Of a DNA stretch of 64,000 bases, positions 31,794-42,427 are shown in pieces (position 1 is the first letter of the stretch; each line of letters begins with the position of its first letter). Source of the DNA: Synechococcus sp. Its GTDB lineage: Bacteria; Cyanobacteriota; Cyanobacteriia; PCC-6307; Cyanobiaceae. The position numbers were made by a program, and so were the translations under genes. A model generated the notes under the pieces. That model was not told where the DNA came from. It saw only the letters and a list, made by a program, of their open reading frames with translations, and did no database searches. The stretch is taken from contig JBJBEO010000001.1 of assembly GCA_047284725.1 (NCBI GenBank), forward strand, positions 1,112,203-1,176,202, written 5' to 3'.

Positions 31794-34700
31794 TCAGACC
31801 GATAGGACGGCTTCGTTCTTCGCTGTTTCCTGGCTGGCCCGCTGAGCCTCGGTGAGGCCATCGGCCCCAGGAATCTGGGCCGCCATCTGCTCAAGCCATG
31901 ACTTGAGTTCCTCCAGCTGTTTCTCCATGGGCAGCACTCCGAGGCCTCGGGCCAGCACTTTGGCGGAGGTGCCGCTGCCCGCTTGAAACACCAGGCGTCC
32001 ATGCAAGTGTTGGGGCAGACCCTGGCGCAGCATGCGGAAGGCGGGCTCCTCCATGGGTGTTTCGAGGGCGATGTTCGGTTTGTCCGGACGGATTCTGGAA
32101 AAGCCACAGCGTTTGGCCAGCAGTTTCAGCTCCATCAACTGCAACAGCGATTGCACAGGGCCCGGCAGTGCTCCGTAGCGATCGGCCCAGACCGCAGCCG
32201 TTTCCACCAGAGCCTCCTGGCTCTGACATTCCGCGGCGGCACGGTAGGCCCCCATCTTTTCGTCGGCATCGGTGATCCAGTCAGCCGGAATGAAGGCGGT
32301 GACCTGCAGATCCACCTGGGTGTCATCCACTGACGGGATGTCCTGTCCCTGGATCTCCGCCAGGGATTCCTGCAGCATCTCCATGTAGAGGTCAAAGCCG
32401 ATGGCCTCCATCTGGCCACTCTGTTCAACCCCCAGCAGGTTGCCAACCCCTCTGATTTCCATGTCGCGCATGGCCAGCTGATAACCGCTACCCAGTTGGG
32501 CAAACTCCTGAATCGCCCGCAGTCGTTGTCGGGCTGCATCGCTCAGGGAGGCGTCACCCGGATAGAACAACCAGGCATGGGCCTGAATGCCGCTGCGTCC
32601 GACACGACCGCGTAGTTGATACAGCTGGGCCAATCCGAAGCGATGTGCATCTTCGATCAGAATCGTGTTCACCCTGGGGATATCGAGGCCGCTCTCCACG
32701 ATCGTGGTGCAGAGCATCACATCGGCTTCTCCTCCGTTGAAGGCCACCATGGCGCTTTCGAGTTCGCCTTCCGCCATCTGACCGTGGGCCACCAGAAGTT
32801 TGAGCCCTGGCAGCATCTGGCGCAATTTGCCAGCCACATCTTCGATGCCCTCCACACGGGGCACCACATAAAAGATCTGGCCGCCTCTGTCGAGTTCCTG
32901 ACGAATCGCACTGCGCACCGCTTCGTCATCCAGGGCGGCGAGGTGGGTCTTGATCGGACGGCGCAGGGGGGGCGGTGTTGTGATCAAGCTCATTTCCCGC
33001 ACCCCGGACAGGCTCATGTACAGCGTGCGGGGGATCGGTGTTGCTGAAAGGGTGAGAACGTCGACGTCTTTGCGAAGGGCCTTGATTTTCTCTTTCTGAT
33101 TGACACCAAATCGCTGCTCTTCATCGACCACCAGCAGCCCGAGTTTGTCGAATGATGTGCTTTTGCTGAGCAATTGATGGGTGCCGACGACCGCATCAAT
33201 CGTGCCCTTGTTGAGGCCTTCAAGGATGGCTTTGCGTTCGCCTGTGGTCCGGAATCGATTCAGCAGCGCCACCTTGATCGGATAGGGCGCGAACCGTTCC
33301 GACAGCGTGCGCCAGTGCTGCTGTGCCAGCACAGTGGTGGGCGCGAGCATGGCCACTTGTTTGCCGGCGGTGATCGCTTTGAAGATCGCTCGGATCGCCA
33401 CCTCGGTTTTGCCGAAACCCACATCACCGCAGACCAGGCGGTCCATGGGTTGGCTTTTCTCCATGTCGCGTTTCACGTCTGCCGTGGCTTTGATCTGATC
33501 CGGTGTCGGTTCGTAGGGGAAGGACTCCTCCAGTTCCGTTTGCCAGGGTCCGTCCACTGGGTAGGCAAAGCCGGGCGCCTGATGCCGCTCCGCGTACAGC
33601 TTCACCAGATCGAGCGCCACCTTGCGGACCGCCTTGCTGGCACGCTCCTTCGCCTTGACCCAGGCTGAGCCCCCCATTTTGCTGAGCTGAGGTGGGCTGT
33701 CGCTGTTGGCCCGATAGCGCCCGAGGCTGCCGAGCTGATCGGCGGCGACGCGCAGGATTCCGTCGGCATATTGCACGACGAGGTAATCACGCACCTCACC
33801 GCTGATCGCCAGCTTTTCCAGCTGTTTGAACCGACCGATGCCGTGGTTGCGATGCACCACGAAGTCGCCCGGTTGCATCTTGTTGGGGTCGACGGTGCGG
33901 CTCGCCGCTTTGCGACGCCGACGCACATAACCACTGCTGGTGAGGTTCTGCTGACCGAAGAATTCTCGGTCGGTGATCAGCACCACGCGCCAGGCGGGCA
34001 GCTGCAATCCCTCCAGTTCACCGGTTCCCTTGGTCTTGAGGGCGACTGGTGTCGACTGTTCAATCAGACGATCAATGGCCTGATGGTCGGCGGCATTGGG
34101 AACGAAGCGGCTGATGCAGTCGTGTTCCTCAAGCAAGGCCACAGCTCGGCTCGGCTGCGCTGAGAGGAGCCAGACAGCTTGTCGATCCTGTTGGTAACCC
34201 TTGATCAACTCCCCCAGCTTCCCGAATTGATTGGGGTAGGCCGGTACGGGCCTGCTGGCCAGATCGAAGCTGTTGCTGTGGTTGTCGTTTTCCTGCAGCT
34301 CGGCGAGATCGAAGCCCGTAAACGAATCGGCCAGGGCCATGGCCGCATCAATGCTGCGGTGTAAGGGCGGTAGGGACAGCCCCAGTTCGTTGTAATGGTC
34401 TGATGCATGGTCCAGCCATTGCTGACCATGGGCTCTGCCATGGCGGCGCTCGTCGATGGCGACACAACACCCCGCAGGCAGATAGTCGAGTAAGGATGCT
34501 GGCTCTGCCCAGGCCAATCCCATCAGCCGGCGCATGCCTTCAGGGGTGTCTCCCTCGAGAAGGGCATTGCGTTGCTCTTCATTGAGGAGCTCGTCCAGCC
34601 CATCCGGCATGTTTTCGCGCAGCTGCTCGGCAATCAGAGGGCTGAACCCCGTCGGTGTCAGACGCAGTTGATCGACCGGATCAAGGGATCGCTGACTGGC

Positions 34701-35336
34701 GGGATCGAATTCGCGCAGTTTGTCGAGTTCGTCGCCAAACAGTTCGAGCCGCACAGGCAGCTCGCAACTGACCGGAAAAATGTCGACGATGTCGCCGCGT
34801 CGACTCCAGGTGCCCTCCTGATCGATACTCGAGACACGCTCATAGCCGAGCTGGCTCAGGGTCAGAGCCAGTGCTTCCAGGTCGACGCTGTCTCCCTTGC
34901 GAAGGGTGCAACATCGGGCAGCCAGCGCTTCCGGTGGCGGGAGATGCGGTTGAAGACAGCGTTCTGTCGCCACGATCGCCAGGCCAGCGCGGCTGGTTGC
35001 ATCCTGAAGTTCACTCAGAACCTGAAGCTGTCCCCAGGTGATCTCCGTGGTCGGATCAAAGGGTTCGTAGGGGGAGCCTTCACTGGTGGGATACAGCTGG
35101 GCTGAGCGCCAGCCCATCTGTTCGAGCAGCGTTGTCCAGCGACCTGCCTCTTCAAGGCTGGGGACCACCACCAACAGAGATTGATCGGCACGAGCGGCCA
35201 GGGCGCTGGCCACCAGGGCTCTCGTTCCACGGCCTGCACCACGCAGCAGCAGGCGCTCGGACCGGTCCGTGCGCTCCAGCAGCTCACCGGTCAGCGCCGA
35301 CGTCTGCAGCAGGCTGACCAGGGAGCTCAGGGGCAT
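31794..35336 (-). CDS. mfd: transcription-repair coupling factor
   Basis: 1180 aa; GDVGFGKTE, DEEQRFG, QLRGRVGR. Confidence 0.98.
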   Translation of the reverse strand: MPLSSLVSLLQTSALTGELLERTDRSERLLLRGAGRGTRALVASALAARADQSLLVVVPSLEEAGRWTTLLEQMGWRSAQLYPTSEGSPYEPFDPTTEITWGQLQVLSELQDATSRAGLAIVATERCLQPHLPPPEALAARCCTLRKGDSVDLEALALTLSQLGYERVSSIDQEGTWSRRGDIVDIFPVSCELPVRLELFGDELDKLREFDPASQRSLDPVDQLRLTPTGFSPLIAEQLRENMPDGLDELLNEEQRNALLEGDTPEGMRRLMGLAWAEPASLLDYLPAGCCVAIDERRHGRAHGQQWLDHASDHYNELGLSLPPLHRSIDAAMALADSFTGFDLAELQENDNHSNSFDLASRPVPAYPNQFGKLGELIKGYQQDRQAVWLLSAQPSRAVALLEEHDCISRFVPNAADHQAIDRLIEQSTPVALKTKGTGELEGLQLPAWRVVLITDREFFGQQNLTSSGYVRRRRKAASRTVDPNKMQPGDFVVHRNHGIGRFKQLEKLAISGEVRDYLVVQYADGILRVAADQLGSLGRYRANSDSPPQLSKMGGSAWVKAKERASKAVRKVALDLVKLYAERHQAPGFAYPVDGPWQTELEESFPYEPTPDQIKATADVKRDMEKSQPMDRLVCGDVGFGKTEVAIRAIFKAITAGKQVAMLAPTTVLAQQHWRTLSERFAPYPIKVALLNRFRTTGERKAILEGLNKGTIDAVVGTHQLLSKSTSFDKLGLLVVDEEQRFGVNQKEKIKALRKDVDVLTLSATPIPRTLYMSLSGVREMSLITTPPPLRRPIKTHLAALDDEAVRSAIRQELDRGGQIFYVVPRVEGIEDVAGKLRQMLPGLKLLVAHGQMAEGELESAMVAFNGGEADVMLCTTIVESGLDIPRVNTILIEDAHRFGLAQLYQLRGRVGRSGIQAHAWLFYPGDASLSDAARQRLRAIQEFAQLGSGYQLAMRDMEIRGVGNLLGVEQSGQMEAIGFDLYMEMLQESLAEIQGQDIPSVDDTQVDLQVTAFIPADWITDADEKMGAYRAAAECQSQEALVETAAVWADRYGALPGPVQSLLQLMELKLLAKRCGFSRIRPDKPNIALETPMEEPAFRMLRQGLPQHLHGRLVFQAGSGTSAKVLARGLGVLPMEKQLEELKSWLEQMAAQIPGADGLTEAQRASQETAKNEAVLSV

Positions 35337-35442
35337 GGATCACCAACGTCGATGACGTCTGATCCTCGCAAGTGGAGGAGATCTGTCGCGACAGGGCAAG
35401 CCATGGTCCGTCTGCCTAACGTTGAAGAAATCGTCTGGTTCG

Positions 35443-35730
35443 ATGCCTCGCTTTCGTTGCCCCGACTGCTGCTGTGGGCCAGCGATCGTGTTGCGTCCTC
35501 CCAAGGGTGCGACCCCCATCTGCTCCCGTTGCGGCACCGTGCTGGAGCGTCAACCACTGGTGCGGCCGATTCCGCTTTTTGTGTTTCTTGGCGTCAGCGC
35601 CTCATTCATTGTGTTGTCGGTTCCATCCTTGTTCTTTCCGCAGCCTGCGCCACGGCGTCAGCCATCTGTACCCGTTGATTCAACCGACGTCACGGAATCA
35701 CGCCAACGTGATGTTGTTGCGAAGGCTTAG
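35443..35730 (+). CDS. zinc-ribbon + TM hypothetical protein
   Basis: CPDC...CSRC followed by hydrophobic helix. Confidence 0.6.
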   Translation: MPRFRCPDCCCGPAIVLRPPKGATPICSRCGTVLERQPLVRPIPLFVFLGVSASFIVLSVPSLFFPQPAPRRQPSVPVDSTDVTESRQRDVVAKA

Positions 35731-35921
35731 GTCGTAGGAGGTCATCACTGCCGTGGAAACAAAACTGCTTGCCTTCCTGGCCTTTGGCGCTGCTGTCACC
35801 ACCCTGGCCGCATGGATGTTGGCCAACGTTGGTTCAATGGATTCCAATCAGCGCTGACACTCCTAGGTGTTTGATCTCGAACCCCTGTTTTGTTGATCAG
35901 ATTTTCCCTGCACAACCTTCG

Positions 35922-36167
35922 CTAGGTGGGTGTCGGCAGGCTGACTTGATAGAGAGTGTTTGTGGCTTTTTTCCATTGCACAAGATGATTGCTGTCAATC
36001 TTGTTCTTGGTGAGGCAGTCGTTGATGTCGTTGCCAGCCATGGTGGCTCTGCTCCAATGATCGCCCTGGCTCCTCATTTGGCTGCGGTTGCGATCTTTCC
36101 AGTCACTCCAGGTGATGTTGGGATACTTCGATCGATGTTCACTCAGAATCACGATTGTGAAATCCAT
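35922..36167 (-). CDS. possible hypothetical protein
   Basis: protein-like C-terminal part of ORF; start uncertain. Confidence 0.35.
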   Translation of the reverse strand: MDFTIVILSEHRSKYPNITWSDWKDRNRSQMRSQGDHWSRATMAGNDINDCLTKNKIDSNHLVQWKKATNTLYQVSLPTPT

Positions 36168-36414
36168 GGCTCTGCCTGTCTTCGGCTGAAAACTATAGGG
36201 AACCGGCTGATGCGATTGACACGGCCAGGGCTCCCTAGTACTGCTGTCGCGTCTGGAGGCGTTGATGACGGTGCAGTCGCTCACGCACTGGCTGGTCTGT
36301 GTCGCTGCTTGGTCTGATCCCTCTGACCCGTGGATGCAATCGTTTGATGTTGACTCAATGATTCGATTGACGCGTTGCGGAACCTTTGCTGTCTGAACTC
36401 TGGCCTGACCGGTT

Positions 36415-37182
36415 TTATTGGCCGCTGACGATCTCATTTTCAAGCAGCATATTAAAACCGAGAAGTTGTTCATCGCTCAACGATTGGCGACTGCTGGCTC
36501 CAAGTTTGTCCTGCAAGAAGGCACGCGCTTTTGCAGGCTCCCACTGAAGGCTTTGCAGCATCTGATCCCCCTGGCTGATCAGCTCACTGCGACGAAGCGG
36601 AACAGGTGCCTGATCAGCCGAGGTGCCTGGCTCCAGGGCTTGCAACCGTTTGATGTAGGCCACGAGGTCGCTGTAGCGCGTCACCTTGTGGCGGCTGCCA
36701 TGACCAAAGGCCCGTTCCAGGTAATGGCGCTCCTGGGCTCGGTCCCAGCCGATCCGCTGGAGTTCCAGGTCGATGGCGGCAAGTTCGTCGCTCCAGTCGT
36801 CAGGGTCGGTTGGCGCTTCGCTGGGGGCCTGGTCCGCTTGCTGTGGCTCAGGGCTCTGAAGCAATGGCAGGTCCGGGGGGACAGGGTTGCTCGTTTTCGG
36901 CACCTCCTTGGTGTTGCCTTCTGGCGCGGCGTTCGGCGTGACGGCTGCTGGCTTTGGTGTTGCTGTGCGGGGTGCGGCTGATGGGGGATTGGGAGGTGGT
37001 GACACGGAGGCCTGTTCTGTTCCGAGGCGCCGAAGAAGCCTCTCCAGGGCTCGGTCTTCAGCCTCTTCGGCACTGCTTGCCTCCCCGATGGCACTGGCGA
37101 TCACCGTGCCGCCCTCGGAGGCCATGACCAGCACCACACAGCGCGTCGACTCGATGTGGCAGAGCTGAGCCTGGGTGTGCAT
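36415..37182 (-). CDS. hypothetical protein
   Basis: AEEAEDRA, DWSDELAAIDLELQRIGW, Pro-rich linker. Confidence 0.8.
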   Translation of the reverse strand: MHTQAQLCHIESTRCVVLVMASEGGTVIASAIGEASSAEEAEDRALERLLRRLGTEQASVSPPPNPPSAAPRTATPKPAAVTPNAAPEGNTKEVPKTSNPVPPDLPLLQSPEPQQADQAPSEAPTDPDDWSDELAAIDLELQRIGWDRAQERHYLERAFGHGSRHKVTRYSDLVAYIKRLQALEPGTSADQAPVPLRRSELISQGDQMLQSLQWEPAKARAFLQDKLGASSRQSLSDEQLLGFNMLLENEIVSGQ

Positions 37183-37220
37183 TCCACTGGTGCAAGCTGC
37201 CCATTTCTAGGCTGCATCCC

Positions 37221-37949
37221 ATGGATTCAGCAGCTCTGCCATCACTCACCCCCCTTCTTGACGGTGTCGACCGTTGGGGGGAGTTGTTGCCTCTGTTGCC
37301 GGTGTTGGTGTCGTTGGAACTGATTCTTTCCGCTGACAATGCCATCGCCCTGGCCGCCATCGCCAGCGCTCAGCACGATCCAGAGCGGGAACGCCAGGCT
37401 CTGAATCTGGGGATCGCCATGGCTTTCGGCTTAAGAATTGGCCTGATCCTGATGGCTCAATGGGTGCTGGCATTCCGGCCCATTCAGTTGCTGGCTGGTT
37501 GCTACCTGCTTTGGTTGTTCATCGACCACTGGCGTTCACGTTGGCCGAACAGTGAGACGACTGACAGTTCAGCCGCAACATCGGCAGCGGGTGCCAATTC
37601 CTTTGTTCGTACCGTCCTGGCCCTGGCGTTCACCGACCTGGCTTTTTCCATTGACAGTGTTGCAGCGGCCGTGGCGATCAGTGACCAGCTGATTTTGGTG
37701 ATCACCGGCGCCTTCATTGGCGTGGTGGCTTTGCGTTTCACATCGGGTCTTTTCATTCGCTGGCTTGAGATGTTTTCCCGTCTCGAATCGGCTGGTTATT
37801 TCGCGGTCGCCTTTGTCGGCCTCAAACTTTTGGTCTCCTTGGTTTGGCCAACCCTTGTTGTGCCGGAATGGTGCACTCTGGTGACCGTGACCCTGTTGTT
37901 GATCTGGGGGTTTTCCGAACGAAGATTATCGATGGCCGAGGAATCCTGA
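37221..37949 (+). CDS. TerC family membrane protein
   Basis: LELILSADNA, DLAFSIDSV. Confidence 0.9.
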   Translation: MDSAALPSLTPLLDGVDRWGELLPLLPVLVSLELILSADNAIALAAIASAQHDPERERQALNLGIAMAFGLRIGLILMAQWVLAFRPIQLLAGCYLLWLFIDHWRSRWPNSETTDSSAATSAAGANSFVRTVLALAFTDLAFSIDSVAAAVAISDQLILVITGAFIGVVALRFTSGLFIRWLEMFSRLESAGYFAVAFVGLKLLVSLVWPTLVVPEWCTLVTVTLLLIWGFSERRLSMAEES

Positions 37950-37951
37950 CG

Positions 37952-38293
37952 ATGCTGGTTGAACTTCGACAGGCCGGAAGTGAGCGCCTGGTGGATCGCA
38001 TGGAGCTTGATGAGGCACCTCACCCAGGTCGATGGTTTGAGCACGGACAGCACTCCTATTTCGTGCTGCAACGACGTCATCGCTACGCCCTGCGATCCGG
38101 TCGCTATCAACTCGCGTCCGTTGTGTTGTCGGTGAAGCAGCAACGCCAACCCCTGGATGCGCGTCGTTTCCGCCACGGCTGGGTGATTGGCGATCCAAGC
38201 TGTCGCTTCAATGCGCTCAGTCCACTGCTGCGATGTGCCGTGTTGCCTGATGGACCCTGTGATTCCTGTCTGCAGCGTGAAGCGCGCTCTTAG
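37952..38293 (+). CDS. hypothetical protein, Cys-rich C-terminus
   Basis: IGDPSCRFNA...RCAVLPDGPC. Confidence 0.8.
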   Translation: MLVELRQAGSERLVDRMELDEAPHPGRWFEHGQHSYFVLQRRHRYALRSGRYQLASVVLSVKQQRQPLDARRFRHGWVIGDPSCRFNALSPLLRCAVLPDGPCDSCLQREARS

Positions 38294-38296
38294 GCC

Positions 38297-38791
38297 ATGA
38301 ACGAGCCATGGCCAGATCTCAGATGGCATTCCTGCCGACTGCTGCGCGGCCATGGTGTTGCGTCAGGCCATGCCAATCGTGACCCTCTCCGCCCCGATTC
38401 GCCCTATCCGGCTGGCACCATCACGATGCAAGCCCCCTTGTTCGCGGAGAGGGGGCTCGATCTTTCCCCTTACTGGCCCGGAACTCTCAACGTGTCCTTT
38501 GCACCCAAGAGCGTGGTGTTGAGAGACGCAGATCATTGCTTTCCCCATCTTCGTTGGACACCCTTGCATCCACCTGAAACCTTTTCGTTCTGGCGCGTGG
38601 TGTTGCGGCGAATCAGGTCATCGCAGGAGCTGAGTGGCTTGATTTATTTCCCCCACCCAGAGACCAAGCAGCGCCACTGGCAACCTCAGTCTGTGGTGGA
38701 AGTTCTCGCCCCATGGATCGCTTATCTTGATCCTCAGGAACCTCTGGCGCTGGGCGTCAGTCAACGTCAATTTTCGTTGCTGGATGCTTGA
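38297..38791 (+). CDS. hypothetical protein
   Basis: GHGVASG, SPYPAGTI, HPPETFSF, PHPETK. Confidence 0.8.
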   Translation: MNEPWPDLRWHSCRLLRGHGVASGHANRDPLRPDSPYPAGTITMQAPLFAERGLDLSPYWPGTLNVSFAPKSVVLRDADHCFPHLRWTPLHPPETFSFWRVVLRRIRSSQELSGLIYFPHPETKQRHWQPQSVVEVLAPWIAYLDPQEPLALGVSQRQFSLLDA

Positions 38792-39300
38792 TCGTCCAGT
38801 TCAAGATTGAGGGCCTGGGCTGTGGACTTGTCAAGTTGTGTGCTGATCCATTCAGATGCATCCAGCCGAGCGATCGCATGGATTTAAATATTGATTGGAA
38901 GCCGTTGGGGCGAGGAGGTCATGACTCCAGATTGGATTGGTGTGGCTGCGTTGTTGTTGATTATCGCCACAATCACTGCTGTTGGTTACCTGGAAGGGCA
39001 TTCAATGCTCTGACGCCTCGAAGCAGTGCTGTCAGCTCGTAGTCCTTGAATCAGTTTGTCTTGCAACCTGACCAGCAAGCGTTCCATTCTTGATGCAGGT
39101 GTTTTGTGGTCAGAGAGTTGTCAAAACCACGCCACGTCTTGTCTGCCTGTTTGTCCGTTGCCATCAGTGACACCAGCAAGTCAATGGCTTCGTCGGCTGT
39201 GACGCGTCGCCCTGAGGGTGTTTTTGGCAGCAATTGAGCGCCTCTTTGCGCCAACACGGCCAATCGAATCGCCACAATGGGGGCCGATCAACGGAGCACC

Positions 39301-39964
39301 ATGGTCAGAAGCCCTGCTCCCTGGTTGGCCCTTGCCGCCCTGTCTGCAGCAGTGACCGGGTGTTCTGTCTTAACAGGGCGTGTTCCAAGTGTTTGCAAGG
39401 CGTTTCCTCTTTGCTCGCCTGCTGTGTCGACGTCGACGCCGATTAGCAAGGCAAGCCGCGAAGCAGCTGCAGGAGGCCACCCATCTCCGCAGCTACCGCA
39501 GAGCCGCGGAGGTCCTGGACCGTGAACTGATCCAACTCAGTGAAGGTCCTCTTTCTCCAGGCGAGAAGCGTGAGGTCGACCGACTGACGTCGCTCAACCG
39601 AACAGCGCAGATCGTCGTGCTGGAGGAAACCAAGGCCCAGGCCAGCCTGGATCGGGCCAGCGACGCCATCACTGCGGCATCCAGGCTGAGGGGTGCAGGC
39701 CAACAGAGGCAGCTGGCGCAGGCCAAGGATCTCCTGGTGCAAATCCATGGCCGCAGTTTTGCCGATGAGCGATCACGGCGGCTGATGCAGGAACTGGAAC
39801 GCCTGATGGCTCAATCCGAACTTGAGGTTCCGAAGGACCCCAAACAGGAGCCAAGCAAGGCTGGGGATCCTGTGGCTCCACCGCAACCAGCCTTGCCTCC
39901 ACCAAGTCAAGGCGATTTGCAGGGCGGTCAGCCAGACGGTTGGTGGGACAAGCCCCTCTTCTGA
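39301..39964 (+). pseudogene. frameshifted lipoprotein gene
   Basis: lipobox VTGC in one frame, helical body in the +1 frame from about 39450. Confidence 0.55.
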
Positions 39965-40025
39965 CGCCACGTTGAATCCAGGAAGGCCTGGCTTAATCTC
40001 TGGGTCCGATGGATTCGTGGGGCTT

Positions 40026-40595
40026 GTGCGTCAGAAAGCTGGTGTGATTGCAGGTGTCGCGCTATCAGCAGCTGCCTCTTGGCTCTCTGTGGAGCCGGTT
40101 CTGGCCGGAGCCAGCGCACGGGGGTTTGTCTGCGGTGTCGCCAATGGTGCTCCAGCCACCAACGCCCTGAAAGCTGATGGCACGCAGATCCCTGTGATCC
40201 GCTGGACCAGCAGCACGTTCACTGCTGCCGGCTGGGGTCCGCAGCGTCGCTGCGAGGAGGTGTCCGAACGGTTCGACACCTATCTCAAGCAGGGACGTCT
40301 GGCCTACATCACCACAGGACGGATGAATCGACTGCCTGTGATCTGTACAGCAGCGAGCAAGCGTGGCCCCTGCGATGGCTTGCTCTACACCCTGAAGCCT
40401 GGTCAGAACGCCACCGCCACGTTGAAGGACTTGTTGCAGATTCGGGTCAAGGCACGGGGACCACTGAATGAGACCAGTGGCAGGCTCTACGTGAGTCTCG
40501 ATGAGCTGATGACCGCGTCCGAGGCCAGCACCGATGCTGTGATGGCACCCGAGCTCTCAGACACGTCGACTCAGCCCACGACTCCCCTCTGGTGA
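40026..40595 (+). CDS. COP23 domain secreted protein
   Basis: FVCG, VIRW, PQRRCEEVSERF, TTGRMN..PVIC, LLYTL. Confidence 0.85.
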   Translation: MRQKAGVIAGVALSAAASWLSVEPVLAGASARGFVCGVANGAPATNALKADGTQIPVIRWTSSTFTAAGWGPQRRCEEVSERFDTYLKQGRLAYITTGRMNRLPVICTAASKRGPCDGLLYTLKPGQNATATLKDLLQIRVKARGPLNETSGRLYVSLDELMTASEASTDAVMAPELSDTSTQPTTPLW

Positions 40596-40906
40596 GGCTG
40601 TGCCGGAAGGTCCGCCGTGTGGCCAAAACAACGTTCGTGATCCCTTCACAGTTGTCTTTCTTTCATTCAGGAGGACGCGTCAGTCGTCGTTGTGATTGCT
40701 CGGTTCGTGGCCATGGGGTTCCAACACTTTTCGCCAGACCCGGCGAGGGTGCTTACCGCAAGGCATGGACTTGATGCGTGATTGTGTGATTCGATCAACG
40801 ACTGGTCTGATTGGATTTGCGCAGCTTCATCAGGTGATGCAGCTTTTGTTCGGCAGAGCTGTCGCTGCATTTCAGGGCTATGTTTTGAATCCTGTTGGCA
40901 TTCTCA

Positions 40907-41332
40907 ATGCCTGAATCGTCTTGCTTGAGCTGGCCTCAGTTGTTCAAAAGGGCAGCAACGAAACCGTTTGACTATCGGTCAACCTCATCAAGGGCTGAGT
41001 ACTGGGTCTTTGTGATTTCCATGGCAGTCGTGCAGGCCATTGTGTCCATGATTGTCACCATCGGTACGGCGTTCTATGTCTATGCCTCCACGGCCCCTGA
41101 AAGCATGGGTTCCGAATCGTCTGGGCTGATTTCGGTGGGAGTCCTTTTGTCGGTTGTAAGTGTGCTTAATTTTCTGATAAGCATCTATATCATTCTTGCT
41201 ACATCTGCGCTTGCCAACCGACGACTGAGAGACCTCCAAATGAATACCTGGTTGACGCCCTTGTTCCTGATTCCTTGCCTGAATTTTATCCTTGCGCTTG
41301 TTTACTTCACGAGGAAAAGGGCTTTGGCATAA
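40907..41332 (+). CDS. DUF805 membrane protein
   Basis: SSRAEYW, RRLRD, LIPCLN. Confidence 0.85.
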   Translation: MPESSCLSWPQLFKRAATKPFDYRSTSSRAEYWVFVISMAVVQAIVSMIVTIGTAFYVYASTAPESMGSESSGLISVGVLLSVVSVLNFLISIYIILATSALANRRLRDLQMNTWLTPLFLIPCLNFILALVYFTRKRALA

Positions 41333-41457
41333 CCGCTTGAATCGGCATCTCGGACTGCTGGAGTGCTGATTGAGCGACATATTCAGAAGCCTGGCACGAA
41401 TGGACGACTTTGAATTCAGGTTCTGCGCGATCGTCGTGGGTCGCTTACAGTTGTCAT

Positions 41458-41501
41458 GAGCGAAGCGAGTGGAAGCTATTCGGTTGATCCAATTGTTCTG
41501 C
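41458..41501 (-). repeat. truncated attC (first arm only)
   Basis: minus strand GCAGAAC-AATTGGATCAACCGAATAGCTTCCACTCGCTTCGCTC just after the stop; no returning arm. Confidence 0.5.
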
Positions 41502-41508
41502 TACACCA

Positions 41509-41970
41509 TTAGTTGGAATGACCTTGATTGCCGTACCAACCTCCTGTGTCACCCCCAATCCAAACTTTATGTTTGAATTGGGGGAAATATTCATGACAAA
41601 GACTTAGGATGTTATCGTCTTTAGTTATGTTGTCGCCCTTTTTGTAACCTTTTGGGTAAAAGATTCTATCAATATATTTGCCTTGTACTCTTATCTGGCC
41701 GATGACGTAAATTCCATTGCCTACCCCGTATACGGAGCCTTCTTTTTGCTTTGTGTATACTGCTACATATCCACCGTCAGCTTTTGTGTAATGGTTAATT
41801 GTAGGCAATATTCGTCTTTCGAGGCCTGGTAAGGGATAATTGATTGCTATATTTTCCTTTACGTAAACTTTAAAATCACGTGGCAAAAGATTGCTTGTCG
41901 AGATTCGAGGATTACCAGTGCAGCCTAGTGTAGTGAGGCTAAGTGCAATGAAGAGTGTCAATTTTTTCAT
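41509..41970 (-). CDS. cassette-borne lipoprotein of unknown function
   Basis: MKKLTLFIALSLTTLGC lipobox; AT-rich. Confidence 0.8.
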   Translation of the reverse strand: MKKLTLFIALSLTTLGCTGNPRISTSNLLPRDFKVYVKENIAINYPLPGLERRILPTINHYTKADGGYVAVYTKQKEGSVYGVGNGIYVIGQIRVQGKYIDRIFYPKGYKKGDNITKDDNILSLCHEYFPQFKHKVWIGGDTGGWYGNQGHSN

Positions 41971-42101
41971 ATTTTTTCTTTCTATTTTGTTGAAAGCTGC
42001 CCCGCAGTGGCAGGCAGAGAGTTTGTAGTGGCGAAGGAAGAAGATTATTGTTGGTGGTCTGCCTACTTGAAGGACTTGTTCGATGCCCATAAAGGCTAGG
42101 G

Positions 42102-42419
42102 CTAGATCTCGCCATCGACTAAGAAGAGGCGCCTCTGAAACCCGCCTCGCGTTTCGGCCTTTTGCCTTCGCACGACCTCAAGCTCCTCCAAGGTATGGCC
42201 CTTGGCCACGCAGAGAGCGCGGATGACTTCAAGGGTGTCTGCCAACTCCTGAATGTCGCCACTACTCTCGGAAACCTCGGTGACCTCTTCGTGGAGTTTT
42301 GCAATGAGTTGTGCCACGTATTCGTCGTCGCGCAACTCCCGGACGGTGCATGCCTTTCCGGCAGCTTCCATGACCTCAGGGATTCGGTCGCGGACAAGCT
42401 TGTTGTAGGTCTTTCGCAT
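42102..42419 (-). CDS. MazG-like all-alpha NTP pyrophosphohydrolase
   Basis: YNKLVRDRIP, EEVTE...ELAD, RGGF. Confidence 0.9.
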   Translation of the reverse strand: MRKTYNKLVRDRIPEVMEAAGKACTVRELRDDEYVAQLIAKLHEEVTEVSESSGDIQELADTLEVIRALCVAKGHTLEELEVVRRQKAETRGGFQRRLFLVDGEI

Positions 42420-42427
42420 CTAGAGGC

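Noticed and set aside
38788..39275. Short ORFs at the island's left edge
   Set aside because: No motifs, RBS or convincing coding signal.
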